A DNA stretch of 63,995 bases, the filler included, from Basidiobolus ranarum (lineage: Eukaryota): the NCBI GenBank assembly GCA_040143965.1. It is 9 parts of 9 records of this genome, joined end to end, with 100 filler letters (N's around TTAATTAATTAA, not from the genome) between each part and the next. Parts side by side here need not be neighbours in the genome. Positions count along the whole stretch, not along the records: positions 43,330 to 50,440 come from JASJQH010001179.1; positions 50,541 to 57,640 come from JASJQH010001180.1; positions 57,741 to 63,995 come from JASJQH010001363.1; 6 more parts are not named here. One strand, written 5' to 3'. Under the pieces are notes generated by a model. The model made no database searches. It had not been told where the DNA came from and saw only the letters and a list, made by a program, of their open reading frames with translations. Positions 49,301 to 61,431 of the stretch are shown piece after piece. The position numbers and the translations under genes are program-made. Positions within the stretch are counted from its first letter, which is position 1. Each line of letters starts with the position of its first letter.

Positions 49301-50247
49301 GTTCATCCTCTAGTTTGTAACTTACAAATTACTGAATGTGTAACAATAAACAATTTATACTTTAACTTACCCAATCAAATGTATAATTAAGAAATTCACA
49401 TGCTTTAAGGCCAATCATTTGTCCCTCACTAAGACAGTATCCTAATATTCAATTAGGTCCAATGGCTCCTGCATTACAAAACACCAGTAGTTTTGGCACA
49501 CTGGTGACAAATCACAGCACTTGATGATGGATCAATCTGCAGTATAATAGTAGTGATTATGACAGCTTGCTTCATCATTTTTACATCAGCAAATTATTCA
49601 TTCTATCATGGAAGCTTCTAATTGGGTGAGAATGTGAGCTGATTGAGCCATATTGAGTCAATATGGCTGCGCAAGCTTTTTATTGACACATATTTCTCAT
49701 TTAATTGTAGCAAAATTGCTTGTATTAATAGGCTATCATTGATTTTTTTGATATATGACAATTTCACACTATCAGTGTTTCATAAAGACATAAGCAATTG
49801 TGATCTAACTAAAGCAATTTATGCTATATTTAACTGCAATCCATATCAATTATGCATGATGTGCTAAATAGTAAAGATAGGATAATGTAAGCATTAACAA
49901 GAGTATTCAGCAGTTGCCTAGGTTTGAAGCAATACATGGTGATTTGCTTCTGTTACTTTTGTTGTCTCCTTGATATTTGCATGGAAGGAACTTTGCTTGA
50001 ACCTCTGTGCTGAGTTGGTCAGTTTGAACCTGCTGAAGTTCCCCTACCTTGGCCAGCATGAGTTGTGGCTTGAGGTCAATGTGCTGTGGTATGCATTGGC
50101 TTGTCTAGTCTAGTTTGTGGCTTGTTTGTATCTACAGTCTCTTCTTCAGATGTGGAGCCTTCACTTAATTGGTGAACCAGCCATTGCTGCTGGCATGCAG
50201 CTCTATGCGTCTACCTGGAATGTCTCACTTGAGGTTTGTGCTTGACT

Positions 50248-50415
50248 GTTATTGCTTCTTCAACCATGGTAGAAGCTTCATCTCTTTTGACTGGCCATGG
50301 CTGCAGTTGCATGGCAGTACATGTTGGAGCAAGTTGTCTACCTTGTGATTTATGTTTTGTGGTTATTGCTTCTTCAACCACAGTGGAAGCTTCATCTCTT
50401 TTGACTGGCCATTGC
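50248..50415 (+). repeat. Direct duplication of about 52 bp with ~114-bp spacing
   Basis: GTTATTGCTTCTTCAACCA....GAAGCTTCATCTCTTTTGACTGGCCAT at about 50248 and 50362. Confidence 0.8.
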
Positions 50416-50540
50416 CATGATCACATTCCAGTATTTGTTGNNNNNNNNNNNNNNNNNNNNNNNNNNNNNNNNNNNNNNNNNNNNTTAATTAATTAANNNN
50501 NNNNNNNNNNNNNNNNNNNNNNNNNNNNNNNNNNNNNNNN

Positions 50541-50714
50541 TGGAGCTGGGTAGGTGCAATCATAATGGAAGAGCACGCAATTAGAACAATAAGGTTTAAC
50601 GCCGTTGCATTTGATCTTTTTACGACGACACACATCACAGGCACGAGCTATTCTTTTCTTCTTTTCACGAATTTTTTGAGAGGTATTTAATTCGGGCTTT
50701 AGAGAACCAGACAT
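50541..50714 (-). CDS. Zn(II)2Cys6 fungal transcription factor, N-terminus (3' truncated)
   Basis: RACDVCRRKKIKCNGVKPYCSNCVLFHYDCTY. Confidence 0.95.
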
Positions 50715-52877
50715 TTATTCTTCAAACCGTAAACAGGTAATGACTTTAATTGAATTGAAATACGAGAAATCTTAAAGGAAGCAGCTCCAGTAATTAAATG
50801 AATTTGGGATCAAGTCTTGGATTGATTGGTGTGCGAATCACTGTGGATCTGGCTTGAAAAATGACATCAGAAATGATGGCGACCTTGTGGAAAGGATAAA
50901 TTCGATTGCAAAAGCTTTGGGTCACAAAACGCATGTGCACTGTCAGAATAGTGTAGATATCTCTAGGACCTCCCCCTCAAAAGATAGGGGCTATTTAGAA
51001 GATACTGGTAACAAATAAACGAAAACGATATTCCAACGCTACACTGGACTAGCATATTACCAAATGGGGGAGATAGGTTAGAACGGATATATCCCGAAAA
51101 TTAAGATTGGTACTTAAGTTACCAACGAGCATTCTTTCCTCACGGCTTCCAGAAGCCGTTAGTTACACTCAACAGTTATGGTAAGATCCGAAAAGTTGAT
51201 AGTGTTCGGAAATTCGGATTCCGCCTAGCCGAACTCAAACCGATTGGCCATTGATCTCTTCGAATGTTCATCTCAGGTGAACAAAAAATTTCTTGACTGC
51301 TGTCGCACTCAATCAGAAGATTGAAGCCAAATACAAATGAGCTACCTGCACTTTCTTCCTAAATGCCATCTTCAAGTGGGATCGGCACATACCGGGTTAA
51401 GATGTGCGAAGGAAACTGGCCACACACACTGCCCAGGAGAGAATGTAGATGGCCTTTTGCCAACAGGTAGTGTTCTCGGTCATAAACAGGATCATATGTG
51501 CACGGTCTCACGAAATACAAAAGTTGTATGACCGAGAGAATGTGGTTCTCACCCCAGTTAACCATCTTTAACTCCTAGACAAAACTTGACCAGATTCTTT
51601 TGGTCAAGTTATAGATAGTAACAACGTTATGTCTCGATGTCCCTTTCCATGTGCATAGTGAACCCTTGTGATAAAAATAGCTCATGGAACAAAAATGTTC
51701 AAACCATTTTCTAGTTGGAGGTGCATATACACTGTGGGATTAATATGGGCAATTCCTCGAGTAGATTTTGGCTTATTGCTAGTGAAACCTTGGCTACAGG
51801 GCAAAGATTATATTCAATGGCACTATTATTACCAACGTCTAGTTTCATTCATTCTGACAATTTCATAATTGTCTGGAAGAGATCAATTCGTTTCTGAATC
51901 TTGTATGATGCAGTTATATCGTTATAGCACAGAGAGGCATGCATCCCTCCATTGTATCTAGATACTGCTCAACCGTTTACAATCCAGTGAAGGAGATATA
52001 TAAGCCCCTTTACAACTCTGATGTACGCATATCCAACTTTAGTGAGATTACTATAGACACTAGATTTCCATTAGACACATAGAAGAAATACTGTTATGAA
52101 GTCCACTGTTTGCGATTCGCTTCTTTGCAACTTGAACTCCTCTGCTAGCATATTCTACCCCTCCTTTCAATCAAATAATGGACAAGCAAGAGTCTCTAGA
52201 CTTCCGAACCCACCAAGCCCAAGTCAAACTTTAGGGAGACCTGGTGCACTCTCCCCACAGCTTAACTACGAGCCTTTACGCTCCCCCAGTATCCCTTGTC
52301 CTTACTATTGATTAAGATTTCGCTTGAAGTCGCAAAGTGTCGAATATCTTTCATGTCTAGCAACAACTGGAGATGTTCGCAGTCAACACGCCATTTACCT
52401 ACATCATTCAATACTAATAGAAATAATTTAATCACGGCTTTTGAGTTCAGTTTTAAATACCGAAAGCTCTTCGACTCTTCCGCCTCTATCATCGTACATT
52501 TATATTGATAGACTTCCATGCGCATGCATTTTTGTATGGAACACTACCTCGTGAACCTTCCAATTACTCATCTTACATGTCCTTATCTCAAATAACTTTC
52601 AAATAGTCATTCACAACCTAATCCATAATACTGTAATTAATACTAATAATCGTACCCACTGATGCTTCACCTGACATATAACTCGATTAATCCCGATAAA
52701 TATCCATCTAAACTAACTTGGAAACCACACAGTACTTGGAATCATAAGCAAACACCCAAGTTCCTGATTAATTATCACTATATACTGAGGTAGATATATA
52801 CTTTAGTCCGGTTCGGAAGTCTAAAAGGTTTATTAAAATTTTGGTACTCATACAATATATACTTAAGAAGTGGGTGT

Positions 52878-53804
52878 TTACACAAAGCATGTTTTACTTG
52901 AATAATTATCTCGACTTACATTGGGTAATGACTCATTTGTGACAAACAGATTGCCTTCCCGCTGATAGGAGCTTGAAGGAAAGGCAACTTCAGAGGAATT
53001 TGTGACAAGTGATTGCGTGTTGGCTAGAGGTGGGTCGGAAACAAAAGTAGACCGAAAATCGGAGTGCTGCTCGGAACAACTCCGGTGAAGGCGACTTAGG
53101 AAATAAGGCGAGCAAACCATGGTAAAGTTAACTGTTAAATCGATCATTGAAAGTAATGGTGCATAGATGTTAAGCGAGGTTGTTAAGCTGAAGTTGAAAA
53201 ATATGTTAAATATGATGGCGATGGAGTTGGTTATAAACAGGTTACAGCTGACAGCAGCTATTTGACGTAACTTGAGACCTTCCCGCTTGAACAATGGCTT
53301 TAGAAAAGGGAATAAGAACAATGCGAGCATATAGACTGATGCTAAAAAGTTGGTGGCAAGTGGAAGGTAGGCGGATACCGCAGGATGTATTACAGTGCAT
53401 ACACCGCTTGGGTCAATATTGGGGTGGTTAAAAACGGCAGCAATTGGGATTGCAGAGGCGTAAAGTAAGGTAGCGATGGACGGAAACATCAAAGACCAGA
53501 ATCCTTGAAATATCTCTCTGTATCTCAAAATATAGAATATAAGTTGGAGTGTGTTGCTTCCATGATAAAAAATGAGGGATAGGTTTTCTGCAACTATACA
53601 ATCCTTTCCCCTTTCGCTGTTAAGTTGGACCATTTTAACCTGAGAATACACACAATCACTGAGAGCGATGAAGTAAAGTATTCTATGAGATGTTATGCCC
53701 GAGGAAGCAGTCCACCCGCGAACAAAAGCAAAGAGAATAACCGTAACAACTATAATGCCAAAACATGCTCCAATTATGTATGAAGACACATTAGCGGAAA
53801 CCAT
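52878..53804 (-). CDS. Intronless 7-TM (GPCR-like) membrane protein, 308 aa
   Basis: About seven hydrophobic segments, Cys in presumed TM3 and ECL2 (KDCIV, GVCTV), and a Ser-rich cytoplasmic tail. Confidence 0.65.
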   Translation of the reverse strand: MVSANVSSYIIGACFGIIVVTVILFAFVRGWTASSGITSHRILYFIALSDCVYSQVKMVQLNSERGKDCIVAENLSLIFYHGSNTLQLIFYILRYREIFQGFWSLMFPSIATLLYASAIPIAAVFNHPNIDPSGVCTVIHPAVSAYLPLATNFLASVYMLALFLFPFLKPLFKREGLKLRQIAAVSCNLFITNSIAIIFNIFFNFSLTTSLNIYAPLLSMIDLTVNFTMVCSPYFLSRLHRSCSEQHSDFRSTFVSDPPLANTQSLVTNSSEVAFPSSSYQREGNLFVTNESLPNVSRDNYSSKTCFV

Positions 53805-56523
53805 GATAGTTCAAAAGTCACCGGAATGTCGGCCTGTACAAGAAAGGTCTGGGCTACAGCAGAGTGAAGGAGCTTAGCAAACAAAGTCATATCTCGGTAT
53901 GGTATAACGCTCAGCTAGTCTGAGACATGAATACGGGAGGATTCAAATATGAAAGAGAAGATAGGACGCAGGGTTCTCCAATGTCCCATCTGAAACAAAC
54001 GAAGCACATTGGATTTTCGTTTCCAATCTTTTTGTATTGCATTCATATGATCATCAATGCTAACAAACAATGAAACTAAGACTATTCGAGTTACTGTACT
54101 TCAAACACTTTCGTGTCATAACACTCGCTTGGAAAACAAGATATTAGAATTTATTATTCGGTAGAGCCAATCACTGACACACTTCAGAGAATCAATTACT
54201 GCTGGATAAGGGCTTGCACCAAGTTTGTCTCCACAGAAATTAGATAGCAAAAGCGCCGTTGGTATTGGATCCACTCTGGCTCTGGCCTTGAGCATAGCTA
54301 TGCGAATGATGGATTCACAATCGCATTTCTCTGGGCTTGAAGCCTGGACAAGGAAGGTTAGAGCATGGGGGTGGAGTTTGTATTTCAGGAATTCCCAACT
54401 AGATGATCAGCGCAGCTCTGGGTAATCTGACTAGTGTTTATCCACGAAGGGCACTAAATGGGCCATACGATGACTGTAGACGGTCATCTAGTACAACCTC
54501 TGAATTCACCCCAGTAACTCGTGTCAGCACACTTCCATGCACTCAGATGGATAGACTCACCGATAAGCATAGCCTTCACCATAGTGAGTAACAGAGTCTA
54601 TTTAGCCTATGATTGGCCGTGCTCCGGTTGCATTGATCATCAATGAGAAAACATACATGGAATTGATTTTCCGATGCGTTACACAGACTTGTTAATCGCA
54701 TCATGTGCAACAGTATACTAGGTTTAGCTACACTTCTGGAGCCAGAATGAAATAAATTAAACGACGGCCATTTGAGGAATATTGTGTGTAAATCGCATAT
54801 TTCCATACATCAACATCATCCTCAGGCATGGAGATTTACCTAGCGCAACCCTAAAGCTCAGCCTACCTAAGCCTCGCATGACGTATTGCCAGTAGCACTA
54901 ATAGAGTCAAAGGAAAGTACCTCCAGAGCAGTGTACCATCTACTTCCCAATTCAACTGACGCTGCAGTTCAAATACCAGATTGTTCCACGCCGAAGAATC
55001 GCCGATGATTAAATGATACACAAGCTAAATTGCGCCTCTGTCCTTAGGAAGTTGATATCATCCTAGCTTATGTTTAATATCGCCATCCCAACATCGCCCC
55101 GCACGATGACATCTCTCTCATGCACGCCCAGATCTTCATATTACCGGATGTCTAGTGGTGGCTGTGACTCTTTGTGCATATTAAGTAGCGCAATACAACT
55201 TGTCCTTCATTTATAAGCTGCTTGAGTAATCATGACGTGTAGGGTTAGGGTTAGAGATCGAATTGAGGGGTCTGCGCCAAAATGAAAAACCTGGTCTCCA
55301 GATTAAAGATGATGTAAATCCCTTATTGAGACCTGGACAATCCCGCTCTATATCTCTGGATCAATGGGCAGCCACGGTTTAAGCCAAGAGTCATGAAACT
55401 TGCGGACCAGTTAGCACTCTTCATATCAGAATAGTCGGACCAACCTTTTTCAAGCGCATTGTTTTGTTTTCTCACAATGCAAATAAGCACTGGATGCACA
55501 CATTGCTTATATTTAGCACTACATCAGCTGATCTCTCAGATCTGAGCTAACCCACAATATTGCACCAACTCTTTGTGCAGACTGGGTCTCGTGTCTGACA
55601 ACCAGCACCATTATTGCCGCGCGGCACCAGCGCATGCTACTAGTCATAAGCCATCTCCACTCACTGCCATATCCAACCACAATTGATCCCTATCAGGCTC
55701 GAATCTGAACTCGGACTCGAACCCAAATCCCAATCCAATCCATCATGAACCACCATCCCGAGTAATGGCCATAAACTCCGATGGATATTAATTACGAAGG
55801 CCAGTTTCACCAAAACATCACTTGTTTGACTCAAATGCATCACTCTTACAATAACCCAATGCAATGCAAGGCACTCCATCCTTTCTCTCTTCCTCACGCT
55901 CCATGATCCGAGTGATTATATTGCTTTCACACAACCCCGGAGAACCAGCATGTTACAGAAATGCAGGTAATCGCAAATGGTGCTCATTTATGGAGCTGAC
56001 TTTTATGGAAATAACTATTGCATGATTAAATAATCACTACCTAAGCTGGCTGAGAGTGGAAATCACTGTAAATACCTAGTCACACCAACCGAAAATACGC
56101 TCTGAAATTAGACGCGTTGTGAAGCAAGGGATATTTTGCATCAAACATACAGTCATCCTCACTAATGGCGAGGGCCACAAATAAATTCAGCCAATTGCTG
56201 CACCAGCTAAAAAGAAGGCGCACGCTTCAAACATTTTTTCAAATCGCAAACTCTCTTGTGTTTTGCCTGTCATTCCCGGATATTTCCCTTTGTTATCTGG
56301 GAAATCTTCTCCTGTCACCTTCACTTATCTTCCTTTTTCTTCTTTGTTCTGCTCCGCATCATCTCAACGCTTTCTCCTTCCTTCTTGGAATGAATTTTGT
56401 CCATCTTTATTAGCCCGAGCTTATCAAATATTTCAAAGTCCTCTCAAATAATCCCATCCTTGTCACCAACCGTCTCCACCACATCCCAGCCCTACATACC
56501 CTCACTTGATAGAGCCTGACCAT

Positions 56524-57640
56524 ATGTCTTCTCAAGGCTCTAACGACAAAAGGGCCCACCCTAATCGACTTCGTCATGGCCCCCGTCAGTATCAAGCAAG
56601 AGGTGGTTACTCAACCGATGACTCCGAGTCGCCCCATGACACAACCCAGCAAATAGGTGACATCTTTGATCATTACCAAACTCCAGCACCCCACTCCCAC
56701 GCACCAATGGAGTTAAATGATATGAGCGAAGCAAGTGGTTTCGACTCTAGCATCCTGGAGCAGCAAACTACAGAAAACCTTGCTCGTAGAAGAAAGTCCT
56801 TAGTAAGACCTGAACGGCACCCAGTTGACCGGCGATATCCTCGCCGTATTAGTGAGCTGGAGGGGAGTGATGCTGCTAATCGTTCTAAGAACTCCAAACA
56901 CCCTGCTTTGGAACGAAATGGAAGTTCCTTCCGAACACTCAAAGGAGGTAAAGTAAAGGATGGTTCGCCTCTACAGAAGAGAGGTAGATGTCCATCTATT
57001 TGGCAAATGTTTGCTACTTGCATCACCTTCTATGCGCCAAACCCTGTACTCTCCTGCTGTGGTAAGTGTTTACCGCTATTTCATCAATGGTAGAATTGTT
57101 GTTAAATTTTCTTTTCAGGTATGAAGACCAAAGAAATTCGCCAAGCCTGGCGTGAGAAAATGGCATTATGTACTGTGATCATTCTTCTCTGCTTGGCGGT
57201 TGGTTTTTTGACATTCGGGTTTCAACAGGTTTTATGTGGTTTCTCTAGCTCCATTAATCGTGTAAAGCATGGCTCTTTGCAGGAAACCGATGCTGTAATC
57301 AATGGAAAAGTGTATAGTTTGGCAGGTTATACACATCCTCCAGCTACCGATGTTCCGTCCGATGGGAAGCTTATCCCTATTGCTGGGGGACAAGATATCT
57401 CCTTCATGTTCCAAAATGTCAATTCTTATTGCAAAGGGGTTCTTAATATTCAATCTGGAGCCGATGGAAGTGGTAACGTAGTCAACTACTTCCCTTGCAT
57501 CATTCGAAACTCCACCACTCCACCCAACCCTTCAGATAACCCTGATCGTAGTGGTTGTCATAGAAATCCCGCTGGTAGGGCTGCTGCTCAGAAACTTAAA
57601 TTCATCGGAGAAATTTACTATGATTGGCCAGATATTTTAA
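56524..57640 (+). CDS. Chitin synthase class IV (CHS3-like), N-terminal part, 2 exons (intron 57062-57119)
   Basis: RRKSLVRPER, ITFYAP, QAWREKMALC, VGFLTFGF and the cytochrome-b5-like GQDISFMFQ segment. Confidence 0.9.
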
Positions 57641-57740
57641 NNNNNNNNNNNNNNNNNNNNNNNNNNNNNNNNNNNNNNNNNNNNTTAATTAATTAANNNN
57701 NNNNNNNNNNNNNNNNNNNNNNNNNNNNNNNNNNNNNNNN

Positions 57741-59055
57741 TACCTAAAAGGGCGAGGGTTGTTAATGACAAATAGAACAGGAATTAATGACAAATTGCTA
57801 CCTCTAGGTTCGAGTGAATGTGGCTGGACTGGATGAGGCTGTTCTTGCATTTCATAGGATCGCATCCGCAAACGGAATTGCATTCGTAAATAGGCATAGC
57901 AACCTTTAGTCTTCCATCCTCGTAGGGAAATTCTAAGCGATGGTATGGCTTAGCTATACGCGAATGGGATCGAACCTGACTCAATTATACTTACCTCCCA
58001 TTTCTTCTAAGCATGTACATGTCTCTATGTTCTGAAAATGGAGCAAACATTCCATAGAATTAACATACGACCAAGTGGGTAGTCAAAAACATGTCTTCTT
58101 ACCGAACAATCGTCTTCGCAATCGCAACCGTAAGCGAACTCTTGATCTGGTTCTACGACCGATTTATGAGTCATATTTTGGTATACAAACTGGGTGAAAA
58201 CAGCCGTGTAAGTAATGTTACTGGCAAAATTATCCCTAAAAAGCGATAGAAATGAGCTCCTGTTTACCTCTAGGTGGGGAAATGGTTCATCATCAACTTC
58301 ATTAGTAACTGGAAATGGTGGGTCGGGTATAGGCTCGGTTCTGGGCTCCCAAAACTCTCGAAATTCTTGATCAATCGGGAGCTTCTGCTCTATCTTTTCC
58401 AGCTCAGCTTCGACTTGAGTCATTAGATCATCTATTATCACCATGTTTCCCTTGGCTTCCTCAGGAAATAATGCTCCATGATGATCATCCAGTATTCTCT
58501 TTCTTGTGGGGATTTTGCTTACCTACAGAGAGTGCTCAGGGTTTAGTGTTCGTGGAGAATATAAAGAGCATAGATTATGTGCCTCATACAATTCGCCAAC
58601 ACTCGAAAACTGCGGTTGGATGAGTATATGTGATGGCTCCCTAAACATTGTCAAAAATGTGTGAAAAAAAAGAGGAAAAGATAAATTCACAAAGCCAGCT
58701 AGAATATCCAAGATAGCTTACGATGGCGTGAATAAGTGAACAAGAGAAAGCGAACTTTTTGGCGTATTTTGCAATGAGATTTCTTTCCGTATTCAATAGA
58801 GCAGCTGCTGTAGCATCGTAAGAGTTGTGGTTGACACTAGAATAGAGTAAAACTGTTATTTATTCTTGCTCGACACTTGGCTAATGTAGTCACATATACA
58901 AACATGATGCTCTTTTTGCTAGCTCTATGCTTGATCCACTTTTTATCAATAAAGTCATTTTCCAAGGTTTCGTGAAGTAATTCATCAGGCGGATAGAATA
59001 CTTCCATAAGCTTGAACCATAGGTGAATTTCTCGAGGTGCTAAATTAGTAGGCAT
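57741..59055 (-). CDS. Pre-SET domain histone methyltransferase (SUV39/Clr4/Dim-5-like), multi-exon, SET domain cut off by contig end
   Basis: VTNEVDDEPFP, GCDCEDDC, CTC, PYEDGRL and IYECNSVCGCDPMKCKN pre-SET Cys cluster. Confidence 0.75.
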
Positions 59056-59282
59056 GGCTGCTGCCTTTGATAAGTCAAACTTTGGTTATATTCTGTTCAG
59101 TAAGTCTTCAACAGTTTTATCTAGTTATTGTTTTCGGTTGATTTATTTGATAAAATTACATCTTTAAACAAAAAAGATTTGTTGACAGTAACTCCAATTT
59201 AGATCATCATATAAATTCCATATTTTTCTTTGACTAAAGAGGTTTGTAGGATATTTTGAATTGATTTTATTGAAAAATGGAT

Positions 59283-59957
59283 TTACATAGTAGGACGTCT
59301 AGCTTTTGGGGCTGGAGTGGGTGGATTCTTAAAGATAGCGGGAGTGACATGCTTAAAGTGTTTTGCTAGTGTCTTAATGGTCTCAGGTTCAAGATGATAC
59401 GCTTTGGAAAGTCTCTCGGCTGTCCAAACATCAGGCTCAGTGTTATATTGCTCTAACATACGATAAACATTAGAGGAGGTCAATTTTGATATCTTCTCTT
59501 CCTTCGATGGTTCTCCGACAGTTCTGTTTCTCACGATCCTCAAAAAATCCGAACTCTACAAGTTTGAAGCCATGTTGGTTAAACTTGAAGAAAATGAAAT
59601 TCAAGAATTCTAATAGCTTACCTTTTCACTTTTAGATTGGCTAGAATTGGTCGATCTTTCAACTCGAAGATCCAATCTACTCATTAAATCGGCTGTCTGT
59701 TGATCTAATGCATAAATTTTCGATTAATTCTTCGGAAAATAAAGACCATGTCGCTGAAAGACATGTTTAACATGGGTGGCAAGATTCGTATACACATGCT
59801 ACTAACTTTCTGTTGTTATACGTTGCTCTTCTGCAACGGTTTTATTAGCATTTATCTGACTAGAGGCTACCTCTGTCTGCTTGGGAAGTTCCGTGTGTCT
59901 CATGGTTCCTGGAGTCTGAGGAAAGCGACGTACTACTTTTGAAGTTTGATTGCCCAT
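59283..59957 (-). CDS. Small mitochondrial protein, NDUFAF4-like, 3 exons
   Basis: MGNQTSKVVRRFP start and C-terminal WTAERLSKAYHLEPETIKTLAKHF helix motif. Two GT-AG introns. Confidence 0.55.
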
Positions 59958-60408
59958 AGCTGAAATTGTTATTCACTGGTGAGCCTAAAGTTCAGTTTGT
60001 ATGTGTGTGTTGGCTCGTCTATGAGAAGAGTGGAAATACTTCAGTTTAGACTCCACGTTAGACTGTAATTTTTCAAAAATCTTGAGTGGGGGGCAATAAT
60101 TCTGATGTCTACCAACTTCATCAGTCACCCCGTTAATATAAAATATGGGGAGTGGGGTCCCACAGATTTCGTGAAACTATCACATTATCATAATGATGGA
60201 TAAATTTTTATATTGCCAAGGCCAAAAATTATGATAGTAACCTATACAGCTTGAAGGATGACTAGACTAAGGGTGGAAACTGCTCGAGGTATACAGTAAA
60301 CTACGTCACAAATGCGATATTGCTATCTATTACTTGGGCTTGGGTTGAAGTTAAAAAGACTAGCACACGAGTAAAATAGTAGAAAATAATAAAAGATAGG
60401 TCTTGCAG

Positions 60409-61431
60409 TTAATAATCCAAGCTACGCAGGATGGCGTCAATGTAATGAGGTGACTGAGAGTTGGTGATCATTTCAATCCATTCAGGTATTCCATCAGCAA
60501 TACGAAACACAGTATCCCCAACTTGAGTGTCATTTGACTTTTGTCCATATAAAGCTCCAAATGTCTCTTGAGTTGACTCAGTTACGTCTATATAAACAAA
60601 GTATTCTGTGCCTATCGAGCAAAAAAGTAAGAATCTTCCTTTCCTATTTTCATATCTAAAGTCATCCTCTGTTATAACCTTGACGTGCACTAATTCCAGT
60701 GTTCTAAACTCATGTAAAAACTCCTCTCTACAATACCCTAACTCTCTAATGCCATGAAATGTAAAGTTTTGGGTTTGTAAGAGTGCGTGAAAAAATGAAG
60801 CAAAATGTATCAGGAATTGAGTATAACTTAAAGGCAGATGTATGTGTTCATTTCGGTATTGGAAGAATCCAAAGTCTTGAAGCTTTGGTCCAAGATAATA
60901 GTTATTCCTATTATATTCTCCGGTGGTTTTCGTTATAGGCGAGGGAAAGAAGGTATCAGTTAGAAGTACAACGTCCTTAGGAAACAGATGTTTGTATTTC
61001 TTTACAAATCTTTGCATTAAATCGTCTAGATAAAACTGTTTATCCCCCATTATCCAAAATAGTTCAGACAGGGCATTATTGTTGTTTGGTTCAACCTTCA
61101 CAAGCTCTTGAATACCTAAGCGTAAAGGAAACCAGCTCAAACTTTTAGGAGGCGGTAGATTTGGCAAGTCCAAGTCTTCATCTTTCGTTTCAGGAAGGAA
61201 AGCTGTATGATCACGTTGGGCAAGTAAATCCAGGCATAGTCGTTTTTGTTGTTCGAAAGACAAGCGTCTAAAGCCTTCGTTAATTAGCCCCTTTAGCCTG
61301 AGGTCAACTTTACCCAAAGTGTACCAAGAGGACGCCGGTAGATATTGTAACACAGTACACCATAACTCACACGGAAAAGAATGCAAGAGACTAGGTGCAA
61401 GGCTATCGAAAGTATCAGGTACTGAAGCCAT
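60409..61431 (-). CDS. F-box protein with C-terminal SMI1/KNR4 (SUKH)-like domain, 340 aa, intronless
   Basis: LHSFPCELWCTVLQYL F-box. HLPLSYTQFL ... YFVYID ... FGALY ... RIADGIPEWIE SUKH-like pattern. Confidence 0.6.
   Translation of the reverse strand: MASVPDTFDSLAPSLLHSFPCELWCTVLQYLPASSWYTLGKVDLRLKGLINEGFRRLSFEQQKRLCLDLLAQRDHTAFLPETKDEDLDLPNLPPPKSLSWFPLRLGIQELVKVEPNNNNALSELFWIMGDKQFYLDDLMQRFVKKYKHLFPKDVVLLTDTFFPSPITKTTGEYNRNNYYLGPKLQDFGFFQYRNEHIHLPLSYTQFLIHFASFFHALLQTQNFTFHGIRELGYCREEFLHEFRTLELVHVKVITEDDFRYENRKGRFLLFCSIGTEYFVYIDVTESTQETFGALYGQKSNDTQVGDTVFRIADGIPEWIEMITNSQSPHYIDAILRSLDY

Noticed and set aside
51185..51250. Cluster of CGG/CCG triplets upstream of the Zn2Cys6 gene (possible autoregulation)
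   Set aside because: Too short and degenerate to support, and similar triplets occur in other promoters here.
55238..55257. TAGGGTTAGGGTTAG as a possible telomerase RNA template
   Set aside because: No supporting pseudoknot or other structure could be identified. Short telomere motifs occur elsewhere in the window and are more simply explained as chance or promoter sites.
43330..59055. Apparent association of the TE graveyard, TF, receptor, chitin synthase and histone methyltransferase as a cluster
   Set aside because: They lie on separate contigs ordered only by length.
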